DNA of 64,000 nt, taken from the NCBI GenBank assembly GCA_963706695.1, contig CAVPNC010000013.1:16348-80347 (forward strand), read 5' to 3'. The position numbers and the translations under genes are program-made. The stretch comes from an uncultured Chloroflexia bacterium. GTDB taxonomy: Bacteria > Chloroflexota > Limnocylindria > Limnocylindrales > CSP1-4. The notes below the pieces were generated by a model. That model was not told the DNA's origin. It saw nothing but the letters and a program-made list of their open reading frames with translations, and did no database searches. Below are positions 14,291 to 22,588 of the stretch, one piece after another; position 1 is the stretch's first letter; every line of letters begins with the position of its first letter.

Positions 14291-15510
14291 GCAACGATCG
14301 CGAGCAGGTCCGCTCCCTGGACGATCCCCACATCATGGTGCAGACGCCGGGCACCATCTACGACGCCATCCCGCCCCTGACCCCCCGCACCGAGCGTGAA
14401 GCCGAGTTCTACCAGCTCGAGGACGGGGAGATGTTCCTCAACCTCGGGCCGCAGCACCCCTCGACCCACGGCGTGCTGCGGGTGGTCATGAAGATCGACG
14501 GCGAGCGCATCGTCGACATCGACCCCGTCCTGGGCTACCTCCATCGCGGCGTCGAGAAGATCTGCGAGCACGGCGATTGGCACCACGCCATCAGCAACAC
14601 CGACCCGCTCGAGTACGCGGCCTCGATGTTCAGCGAATCGCTGCCGGTGCTGGCCGCCGAGCACCTGCTCGAGCTGGAGGTACCGCGCCGAGCCGACTAC
14701 ATCCGGGTGCTGGCCTGGGAGCTCAATCGCATCAGCAGCCACGCCCTCTTCATCGGCTGGCTGGCCCTGGACCTGGGTGGCATCACGCCCATCCTCTACG
14801 GCTTCGGCGAACGCGATGAGATCGTGGAGATGCTGGCCGCCCTCACGGGCCAGAAGCTGCTCTTCAACTACATGCGCATCGGCGGCGTCAACGGCGACCT
14901 CAACCACGAGTTCCTGAGCCGCCTCGGCGACTGGATGGGGCGCGCCGGTGCCCGCATCAACGACCAGGCCACGCTCATGAACGAGAACGAGATCTTCGTC
15001 AACCGCACCAAGGGCCTGGGCGTGATCGACCGCGAGATGGCGCTGCGCCTGGGCATGTCCGGGCCCCCCTTGCGAGCCACGGGTGTGCCCTATGACGTTC
15101 GTCGGGCACATCCCTACAGCGTCTACTCCGAGCTCGAGTTCGACATCCCCACGCGCACCGATGGCGACTCCTACGCCCGCTACCTGCTGCACATCGACGA
15201 GATCAAGCAGTCGATCCGCATCATCGACCAGGTGCTGCACGAGATGCCTGACGGCCCGGTCATGGCCAAGCTGCCACGCCTGCTGCGCATCCCGCCGGCC
15301 CGCGCCTTCGCGGCACTCGAGTCGCCGCGTGGCCAGTACGCGGCCTACGCCGTGAGCGACGGCTCGGACCAGCCCTTCCGCTTCCGCATCCACGACCCCT
15401 CGTTCTTCAACCTGCAGGCCGTGGGCCCGCTGTCGAAGGGCCAGGTGCTGGCTGACATCATGGCCATCATGGCCAGCCTCGACCCCATCATGGGCGGGAT
15501 CGACAAGTGA
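14287..15510 (+). CDS. nuoD: NADH-quinone oxidoreductase subunit D (49 kDa)
   Basis: NLGPQHPSTHGVLR, LGYLHRGVEK, SHALFIGW and C-terminal DPIMGGIDK. ATGA overlap with nuoC. Confidence 0.95.
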   Translation: MSNDREQVRSLDDPHIMVQTPGTIYDAIPPLTPRTEREAEFYQLEDGEMFLNLGPQHPSTHGVLRVVMKIDGERIVDIDPVLGYLHRGVEKICEHGDWHHAISNTDPLEYAASMFSESLPVLAAEHLLELEVPRRADYIRVLAWELNRISSHALFIGWLALDLGGITPILYGFGERDEIVEMLAALTGQKLLFNYMRIGGVNGDLNHEFLSRLGDWMGRAGARINDQATLMNENEIFVNRTKGLGVIDREMALRLGMSGPPLRATGVPYDVRRAHPYSVYSELEFDIPTRTDGDSYARYLLHIDEIKQSIRIIDQVLHEMPDGPVMAKLPRLLRIPPARAFAALESPRGQYAAYAVSDGSDQPFRFRIHDPSFFNLQAVGPLSKGQVLADIMAIMASLDPIMGGIDK

Positions 15511-16904
15511 GCGCCGCGACGGGCCCGGCACCCGCAGGCGTGTCGGCCCTGGGCAAGGTCGTGCTCGGGCTGATCGCCCTCATCGTGGTGGCCAGCGTCG
15601 GCTTCGCCCTGCTCTGGATCACCGGGCTCGGCCCCGACCTGACCGAGTGGGTCCTCGACACCGGCTCGGCCAATATCGAGATCCTGCGCTTCCTCGCGGC
15701 CGCCACGGGGGTGCTCCTGTTCACGGTGCCGGCGGCCTTCGTGATCATCTACATGGAGCTCAAGATCATCGCCCAGATGAACCTGCGCGTCGGTCCTGAC
15801 CGCACCGGGCCCTGGGGCTCGCTGGCCTCGCTGATGGCCGGCCTGAAGGTGCTCTCCAAGGAGGACTACACGCCCCGCGGTGTGGACGTGCCGGTCTACA
15901 CCCTGGCCCCGGCGGTCACGTTCCTGGCCTCGGTCCTGACGCTGCTGGTCATCCCCTTCGCGCCGGGCATGATCGGCTACGAGATGGAGCTGGGGCTGAT
16001 CTACTTCTTCGCAGCCTCGGGCATCGGCGTGGTAGGCCTGATGATGGCCGGCTGGTCCAGCTTCAACAAGTACTCGCTGCTGGGCGGCATCCGCGCCGCA
16101 GCCGCCGTCATCAGCTACGAGCTGCCGCTCATCCTGGGCACCTTCGGCGTGGTCCTGCTGGCGGGCACGCTGAACCTGGGCACGATCGTGGAGAACCAGG
16201 CGGGCTGGGTCTGGAACTGGTACGCCTTCCAGCAGCCGCTGGCCCTGATCATCTTCTTCATCGCCGCCACGGCCGAAGCCGGCCGCACGCCCTTCGACTA
16301 CACCGAGGCGGACTCGGAGCTGGTGGCCGGCTTCGCCACCGAGTACAGCGGCATGCGCTTCGGCTTCTTCTTCTTCGCCGAGTACGTCAACGTCTTCATC
16401 CTCAGCGCCCTCACGGTCACGCTCTTCCTGGGCGGGTACCACCTGGGCGTGGACATCGATCCGGTCCTCTCGTGGGTCGGCATCGAGACGCCGGTGCAGC
16501 TGTCGAACATCGACCCCGGCTCGCTGGGCGCGTGGCTGCTGGCCATCCCGCTGCTGGTGCCGCCCGTGCTCACGCTGGTGCTCGCCGGCCTGCTGTGGAT
16601 GCTCAAGTCGTCGTGGGGCTTCCTGAAGTCCCTGCTCGTGGGCTTCGTCCTGGCCAACCTGCTGGTCGGCGGCCTCATCAGCCTGTGGGCCATCTTCAGC
16701 TTCGAGGCCCTGCTGGGCGTGCTCGTCTTCTTCGGCAAGTCGTTCCTGCTGGTGGCCTTGTTCGTGATGATGCGGGCGACCTACCCCCGCGTGCGCATCG
16801 ACCAGATGATGAACTTCGCCTGGAAGTGGCTGATGCCCGCAGCCCTGCTCAACATCTTCGTCACCGCCGGCGCCATCATCATCATCACGGAGTACTTCTC
16901 GTGA
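15507..16904 (+). CDS. nuoH: NADH-quinone oxidoreductase subunit H (ND1), enlarged
   Basis: MELKIIAQMNLRVGPDRTGPWG, GFATEYSGMRF, FFAEYVN, RATYPRVRIDQ. At 465 aa it has an extra N-terminal TM and a roughly 70-aa hydrophobic insert before the last helices. Confidence 0.93.
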   Translation: MSAATGPAPAGVSALGKVVLGLIALIVVASVGFALLWITGLGPDLTEWVLDTGSANIEILRFLAAATGVLLFTVPAAFVIIYMELKIIAQMNLRVGPDRTGPWGSLASLMAGLKVLSKEDYTPRGVDVPVYTLAPAVTFLASVLTLLVIPFAPGMIGYEMELGLIYFFAASGIGVVGLMMAGWSSFNKYSLLGGIRAAAAVISYELPLILGTFGVVLLAGTLNLGTIVENQAGWVWNWYAFQQPLALIIFFIAATAEAGRTPFDYTEADSELVAGFATEYSGMRFGFFFFAEYVNVFILSALTVTLFLGGYHLGVDIDPVLSWVGIETPVQLSNIDPGSLGAWLLAIPLLVPPVLTLVLAGLLWMLKSSWGFLKSLLVGFVLANLLVGGLISLWAIFSFEALLGVLVFFGKSFLLVALFVMMRATYPRVRIDQMMNFAWKWLMPAALLNIFVTAGAIIIITEYFS

Positions 16905-17740
16905 GGACCGACCGCATCCCCGGCCTGGCCATCGTGAAGGGCATGCTCTTCGCCGTGCGCCAGGTCTTCCGTCCTGGGCTCACGGTGCGCTATCCGGAAG
17001 AGCAGAACCCCATCAGCCCGCGCCACCGCGGCCGGCTCCTCCTGGTCTACGACGAAGCGGGCACGCTCAAGTGCGAGACCTGCTTCCAGTGCGCGCAGGC
17101 CTGTCCCATCGAGTGTATCGACATGGGCGGCGTGGATACGCGCAACCGCTATCACGTGCACTGGGGCGCAGCCGAGCAGTACGCCGAGCGCCGCGAGGAG
17201 TCAGCCCTGCGCCGCTCCGGCCGACCCGTGCCCGATCGCACCTTCGATCCCTTCGAGACCATCGACCTGCGGCCGGTCGACGAGATCCTTGCTGCCGGCA
17301 AGTACAAGCCCAGCCGCTCGCTGGCCATGCTCGAAGCGGTGCAGGGCGCCTACGGCCACCTGCCCGTGGCGGCCCTGCAGCACATCGCCCACCAGACCGG
17401 TGCCAACTACGCCGAGCTCTATGGCATGGCCACCTCCTACCCGCACCTGCACTTCGAGCCGCCGGTCGGCCACGTCGTGCGCGTCTGCCGCTGTGCGCAG
17501 TGCACCCTGCTCGGCGGCGGCCGCGTGCTGGCAGCCTTCCGCGAGCATCTGAGCACCGACGTCGGCGGCGTGAGCCCCGATGGTGCGGTCCGCCTCGCGG
17601 TCACCGAGTGCGGCGGGTCCTCCCACGGCAGCGCGTACGTCGAGGTGGACGGGGAGCCGCTGCCCAAGTCCAGCCCCGAGGACGCGGCCACCATCGCCGC
17701 TGCGCTGCGTGCCACCGTGCCGCAGGGGGAGGCCGCATGA
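16901..17740 (+). CDS. fusion protein: NuoI N-terminal half (single 4Fe-4S motif) + NuoE-like thioredoxin-fold domain
   Basis: The GTG at 16901 overlaps the nuoH stop (GTGA). TVRYPEE..PRHRGR..KCETCFQCAQACPIECI is NuoI-like; SLAMLEAVQGAYGHLP...VCRCAQC...TECGGSSHG is NuoE-like. The 5' part of track ORF 16472.. is an out-of-frame read-through of nuoH. Confidence 0.8.
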   Translation: MRTDRIPGLAIVKGMLFAVRQVFRPGLTVRYPEEQNPISPRHRGRLLLVYDEAGTLKCETCFQCAQACPIECIDMGGVDTRNRYHVHWGAAEQYAERREESALRRSGRPVPDRTFDPFETIDLRPVDEILAAGKYKPSRSLAMLEAVQGAYGHLPVAALQHIAHQTGANYAELYGMATSYPHLHFEPPVGHVVRVCRCAQCTLLGGGRVLAAFREHLSTDVGGVSPDGAVRLAVTECGGSSHGSAYVEVDGEPLPKSSPEDAATIAAALRATVPQGEAA

Positions 17741-19059
17741 GCCTGCCCGTGCTGGCCGGGGCCAAGGACTGGCCGCAGGTGCTGCTGGCCCGAGCCGCGG
17801 ACGCGGCCGTCGCCGACATCGCCGAGGCGGAGGCCGGCGGGGCCTGGACGGCCTTCAGGCGCGCCACCGCTGAGCTGTCGCCTGAAGCGGTCATCCACAC
17901 CGTCACCGAGTCGGGCCTGCGCGGGCTCGGCGGAGCCGGCTATGCCACCGGCGCCAAGTGGCGCGACTGCGTCTCCCAGGCCGATCCGGTCCACTACGTC
18001 GTGGCCAACGGCTTCGAGGCCGATCCAGGCGCCCAGCTCGACCGCTCGCTCATGGAACGGGATCCGCACCTGGTGGTCGAGGGCGTGGCCATCACCGCCT
18101 GGGCGGTCGGAGCCGAGACCGCCATCATCGCCGTCTCCTCCGCTGCCCCCGTGGCCGCGGAGCGCCTGCGCACCGCGATCGACGAAGCCGTCGAGGCCGG
18201 CTACATCGGCCGCTCCGCCGACGGCCGCAGCCTCCAGCTCGAGGTCCGCGAGGTCACCGGCTCCTTCGTGGTCGGCGAGGAGACGGTGCTGCTGCGAGCC
18301 CTCGAGGGCAAGCGCGCCCAACCGGACCAGCGCCCGCCGTTCCCCAGCCGCGAAGGCCTGTGGGGCAAGCCCACGGTGGTCAACAACGTCAAGACGCTCG
18401 CAGCCGTGCCCTGGATCGTGGCTCACGGCGCCGGCGCCTATGCCTCGCTGGGCCTGCCCGAAGCCCCCGGCACCACGCTCGTCCAGCTGGGTGGCGCGGT
18501 CAAGAAGCCCGGTGTCGTGGAGGTGCCCTTCGGGACCACGCTGCGGCAGATCCTCGACGGCCCCGGCGGCAAGACCACGGGCTCGCTCAAGGCCGTGCTG
18601 GTGGGTGGCCCGAGCGGCGGCTTCCTGCCGCCCGACGCACTCGATACGCCCCTGACCTACGAGGCCCTGCGGGAGGCGGGGGCGCTGGCCGGCTCGGGTA
18701 CGCTGCTGGCCCTCGACGAGAGCGCCTGCATCGTGGACGTGGCCACGCTCATGACGCGCTATCTCAATGACAACGCCTGCGGCAAGACCATCCCCTGTCG
18801 CATCGGAACCCGGCGCATGGCCGAGCTGGGCAGCGCCATCTGCTCGGGGCACGTGCGGCCCACTGACGCGGCGCTGCTGGGTGACCTCGCCGCGGACGTG
18901 CGAGCAGCGGCCCTCTGCGGCCTGGAAGCTGACGCTGCCAACCCTCTCCTGAGCGGGATGCGATACTTCGCGCCTGAGTTCGAAGCCCACACCGAGCGTG
19001 GTGAATGCCCGGCCGGTGTGTGCCAACCCATTCGTCTAGCCGGTGCCGTGCTGTCATGA
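17737..19059 (+). CDS. nuoF: NuoF-like (51 kDa) subunit, divergent cofactor motifs
   Basis: ATGA overlap at 17737. GLRGLGGAGYATGAKW, GEETVLLRALEGKRAQP, PPFPSREGLWGKPTVVNNV and the cluster region NACGKTIPCRIG...ALCGLE. Confidence 0.8.
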   Translation: MSLPVLAGAKDWPQVLLARAADAAVADIAEAEAGGAWTAFRRATAELSPEAVIHTVTESGLRGLGGAGYATGAKWRDCVSQADPVHYVVANGFEADPGAQLDRSLMERDPHLVVEGVAITAWAVGAETAIIAVSSAAPVAAERLRTAIDEAVEAGYIGRSADGRSLQLEVREVTGSFVVGEETVLLRALEGKRAQPDQRPPFPSREGLWGKPTVVNNVKTLAAVPWIVAHGAGAYASLGLPEAPGTTLVQLGGAVKKPGVVEVPFGTTLRQILDGPGGKTTGSLKAVLVGGPSGGFLPPDALDTPLTYEALREAGALAGSGTLLALDESACIVDVATLMTRYLNDNACGKTIPCRIGTRRMAELGSAICSGHVRPTDAALLGDLAADVRAAALCGLEADAANPLLSGMRYFAPEFEAHTERGECPAGVCQPIRLAGAVLS

Positions 19060-21668
19060 CCGACACGCTCCCTGAGATCATCCAGCAGCAGCCGGGCCCG
19101 TCACCCGACGAGGCCACCGAGCGGCTGCTCACGACCCAGTCGCCGCAGCGGCCGCAGACATCCGCGGCCTTCGAGATCGAGATCGACGGCCGCACCCTGA
19201 CCGCCCGCGAGGGCCAGACCATCCTCGAGGTCTGCCGCGACGCCGGCATCGAGGTGCCCACGCTCTGCTACGAGCCCAAGCTGCCCGGCTTCGGTGCCTG
19301 CCGCATGTGCGTGGTCGAGGTCGAGGGTGAGGACACTCCGCCCATCTCGTGCTCGCGCGAGGCTGAAGCGGGCATGGTCGTGCAGACGCAGACCCAGCGG
19401 CTGCGGGAGATCCGCAAGACCAACCTGGAGCTGATCTTCAGCGACCACAACGCCTACTGCCTGCCGCCCTGCCAGAACAAGTGCCCCAGCCACATCGACA
19501 TCCCCGGCTTCCTCAAGGCCAACACCGAGGGTGACTTCGTCGAGTCCACGCGCATCTTCAAGCGCACCATCCCCTTCCCCTCGACGCTCGGGCGGGTGTG
19601 CCCAGCGCCGTGCGAGGAGCACTGTCGCCGCGACGAGGTCGAGGAAGCCATCGCCATCCGCGACAGCCACCGCTACGCCGGCGACCAGGTGCTCAAGGCC
19701 CAGGCTGAGGGCGTCAAGCCGCCCCTGCCCTTCGACCAGCAGCCGTCCACGGGCAAGCGCGTGGCCGTCATCGGCTCCGGGCCTACGGGCATGTCAGCTG
19801 CCTACTACCTCTCGCTCAGCGGCCACGAGGTCACCGTCTACGAACGCGACCCGGAGGCCGGCGGCATGCTGCGCTACGGCATCCCCGAGTACCGCCTGCC
19901 CAAGGAACGTGTCCTCGAGCCCGAGTACGAGGCCGTGTGGGAGCTCGGCGCCAGGCTCGTGACGGGCGCGGAGCTGGGCGTGGACTTCACCATCGACGAC
20001 CTCCAGAACCAGGGCTTCGATGCGGTGCTGGTGGCCATCGGCTGCTACGACACCAACAAGCTGGGCATCCCGGGCGAGGACGCGGACGGGGTCATCGACG
20101 GCCTCGAATACCTCCGCGTCGCCACGCTCGGACTGCCCTACCCCGAGCACAAGGGCAAGCGCGTCGTGGTCATCGGCGGCGGCTTCACCTCCATGGACTG
20201 CTCGCGCACCTCGGTGCGCCAGGGCTGCACGGAGACGACCCTGGTCTACCGCCGCGACATGAAGGACATGCCCGCTGCGGACGAGGTGCACGAGATGCTC
20301 GAAGAGGGCGCGCGCGCCATCTTCCAGGCCTCGCCCACGCGCGTCGTCACGGACAAGGACGACAAGGTCACCGGGGTCGAGTTCCAGCGCATGGCACTGG
20401 GCGAGCCGGACGCCTCCGGCCGGCGCCGACCACAGCCGGTCGAGGGCACCGAGTTCATCATCGACTGCGACCGCGTGCTCCTGGCCATCGGCCAGGGTCC
20501 CAAGCTGGACTGGCTTGAGCACGGCGCCGAGGGCATCGAGAAGACCAAGCGCTGGCGACTGGATGCGGACGCGGTCACCTTCGGTACCGGGCGCGCAGGC
20601 GTCTTCGGGGCCGGGGACGTGCGCACGGGCGCTGCCACGGTGGTGGAGGCCATCGCCGAGGGGCGACGCGCGAGCTACGCCATCGATGCCTATCTGCAGG
20701 GCCAGGACCTCGACGAGATCCGCACGCGCCAGACGCTCGCGGAGCCGCAGCCCGAGTTCCTCTCCATCGTGCCCTACACCAGCGAGGTCAAGGAGCCGCG
20801 CATCCGCCTGAAGGCCATGCCGGCCGAGGAGCGCAACAGCTCGTATGTCGAGTACGAGATCCCTTACACCGCCGAAGAGGCCATGTCCGAGTCAGCACGC
20901 TGCCTCCAGTGCACCTGCGAGGCCATCGGCTATTGCGACCTCCGTCGGCAGGGCATCGAGTACGGCACCACGCTGCAGACGCTTGAGCCCAAGCGCACCG
21001 GCCTCTCCTTCCGCAGCGTGAGCGAGAACCGCTTCACCGGCACCAACCACGACTACATCCGCGACGACAGCCACTCCTTCATCCTGCGCGAACCCTCGCG
21101 CTGCATCGACTGCGGCCGCTGCGCCAACGTCTGCCGCGAGGTCGTGGGTGCGGCCTGCTACGACTTCATGCGCACCGGCTTCGACACGCTCGTGACGACG
21201 CCGCTGGACATGAGCCTCAACACCACGCCCTGCGTCTCCTGTGGCCGCTGTGCCGAGACCTGTCCCACGGGCGCGCTCATGCCCAAGCCACGCGTGCTCG
21301 AGAAGTACGAGGTGGACGAGTCTCGCTGCATCCTCTGCGGCATCTGCGTCGATGCCTGCCCCTACGACGCGCTCCGCTGCGGACCGGACTTCGAGCTCGC
21401 ACACGAGTCGCGCGCGGAGCCGCAGATCGACCTCATCGCCCTCGCTGCGATGGACCGTGACTCGGAGATGAGCTACGTCCGCCGCGAACGCGACTGGCTC
21501 AGCCGCGCCCAGGCTGATGGTCGCGACATCCCGCACGAGCGGCTGCTGCCCATGCTGCCGCCGGGACTGGCCGGGAGCAGCGGCAACGGGAACGGTAGAA
21601 CCAGCACCGTCGCTGACTCCACCACCGGCGCAGCCGGGGGTGGCGCAGCGTCGGTCCACCACAAGTAG
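19056..21668 (+). CDS. chimeric Fe-S flavoprotein: NuoG-type [2Fe-2S] + inserted GltD-like NAD(P)H/FAD module + NuoG-type 4Fe-4S motifs + NuoI-like C-terminus; no molybdopterin-like domain
   Basis: ATGA overlap at 19056. LCYEPKLPGFGACRMCVVEV..ISCS; CLPPCQNKCPSHIDIP..GRVCPAPCEEHC; VIGSGPTGMSAAYYL; VVIGGGFTSMDCSRT; GVFGAGDV; CIDCGRCANVC; CVSCGRCAETCP; CILCGICVDACPYDALRCGPDFELAHE. Confidence 0.8.
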   Translation: MTDTLPEIIQQQPGPSPDEATERLLTTQSPQRPQTSAAFEIEIDGRTLTAREGQTILEVCRDAGIEVPTLCYEPKLPGFGACRMCVVEVEGEDTPPISCSREAEAGMVVQTQTQRLREIRKTNLELIFSDHNAYCLPPCQNKCPSHIDIPGFLKANTEGDFVESTRIFKRTIPFPSTLGRVCPAPCEEHCRRDEVEEAIAIRDSHRYAGDQVLKAQAEGVKPPLPFDQQPSTGKRVAVIGSGPTGMSAAYYLSLSGHEVTVYERDPEAGGMLRYGIPEYRLPKERVLEPEYEAVWELGARLVTGAELGVDFTIDDLQNQGFDAVLVAIGCYDTNKLGIPGEDADGVIDGLEYLRVATLGLPYPEHKGKRVVVIGGGFTSMDCSRTSVRQGCTETTLVYRRDMKDMPAADEVHEMLEEGARAIFQASPTRVVTDKDDKVTGVEFQRMALGEPDASGRRRPQPVEGTEFIIDCDRVLLAIGQGPKLDWLEHGAEGIEKTKRWRLDADAVTFGTGRAGVFGAGDVRTGAATVVEAIAEGRRASYAIDAYLQGQDLDEIRTRQTLAEPQPEFLSIVPYTSEVKEPRIRLKAMPAEERNSSYVEYEIPYTAEEAMSESARCLQCTCEAIGYCDLRRQGIEYGTTLQTLEPKRTGLSFRSVSENRFTGTNHDYIRDDSHSFILREPSRCIDCGRCANVCREVVGAACYDFMRTGFDTLVTTPLDMSLNTTPCVSCGRCAETCPTGALMPKPRVLEKYEVDESRCILCGICVDACPYDALRCGPDFELAHESRAEPQIDLIALAAMDRDSEMSYVRRERDWLSRAQADGRDIPHERLLPMLPPGLAGSSGNGNGRTSTVADSTTGAAGGGAASVHHK

Positions 21669-21692
21669 TCGACAGGGGGTTCGGAAGAGGGA

Positions 21693-22274
21693 GTGGAGCT
21701 ACCGGGGACGGTCCCGTATCTCGACTGGCGCTGGGATGACCTGATCTTCCTGCTGCTGGCCGGCGTGATGCTGGGCTCCGCGCTGCTCGTCGTGCTCGGC
21801 CGGGACATCATCCGGTCCGCGCTCTGGCTCATCCTGTCCTTCGCCGCCCTCGCGGGCGTGTACGGCCTGCTCGGCAGCGCCTTCCTGGCCATCAGCCAGG
21901 TGCTCACCTACGTGGGTGCCATCGCGGTGCTCATCCTCTTCGCGGTCATGATCACGCAGTCCAAGCGCGGTCCCAGCGAGCTCGTCTTCAACCGCCAGTG
22001 GTGGGCCGGCGCCATCGCCGCCATCGTGCTGGTCGGGCTCATGATCATCAGCATCCTGCTCACGGAGTGGGACGTGACCAGCGAGGTGCAGGTGGCCGAG
22101 GCGCGCGAGATCGCGCTGACCATCTACCAGGAGTACATGTTCGCCTTCCTCGCCCTGGGCGTGCTGCTGCTGGCCGGCGTCATCGGCGGGCTCTACCTGG
22201 CCAAGCGTGACGACGACATGCCCGAGACCAACATCCAGGCCCGCACCATGCCTGACGAGGAGGAGGGCGCGTGA
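21693..22274 (+). CDS. nuoJ: NADH-quinone oxidoreductase subunit J (ND6)
   Basis: Five TM helices, AISQVLTYVGAIAVLILFAVM. Position between the input genes and nuoK. GTG start. Confidence 0.88.
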   Translation: MELPGTVPYLDWRWDDLIFLLLAGVMLGSALLVVLGRDIIRSALWLILSFAALAGVYGLLGSAFLAISQVLTYVGAIAVLILFAVMITQSKRGPSELVFNRQWWAGAIAAIVLVGLMIISILLTEWDVTSEVQVAEAREIALTIYQEYMFAFLALGVLLLAGVIGGLYLAKRDDDMPETNIQARTMPDEEEGA

Positions 22275-22582
22275 GCCAGTCGCTCGAGGCCTACCTCATC
22301 CTCGCGGTCCTGCTCTTCGGCATCGGCGCCTTCGGCTTCCTCGCCAAGCGCAACGCCATCGCCATGCTCATGTCCATCGAGCTCATGCTCAACTCGGTCA
22401 ACCTGGCCATCATCGCCTTCGGGGCCTTCACGCCGGAGTTCGCGGCGCAGGCGTCGACCATCGCCCTCTTCGTCATCGCGGTGGCTGCCGGTGAGGCCAC
22501 CGTGGGCCTGGCCATCGTCATCGCCATCTACCGCAACCGCAGGACGCCGCTCGTCGACGAGTACGCGTCGATGAAGGAGTAG
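22271..22582 (+). CDS. nuoK: NADH-quinone oxidoreductase subunit K (ND4L)
   Basis: 103 aa, three TM helices, SIELMLNSVNLAIIAF and AAGEATVGLAIVIAIYR. GTGA overlap with nuoJ. Confidence 0.93.
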   Translation: MSQSLEAYLILAVLLFGIGAFGFLAKRNAIAMLMSIELMLNSVNLAIIAFGAFTPEFAAQASTIALFVIAVAAGEATVGLAIVIAIYRNRRTPLVDEYASMKE

Positions 22583-22588
22583 GCGGCG

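Noticed and set aside
16472-19055. 5' extensions of track ORFs 16472.., 17071.. and 19005.. that overlap the preceding nuo genes by hundreds of nt.
   Set aside because: The extensions are Arg/Pro/Ala-rich out-of-frame read-throughs. Homology-like sequence begins exactly at GTG 16901, ATG 17737 and ATG 19056, each overlapping the upstream stop codon.
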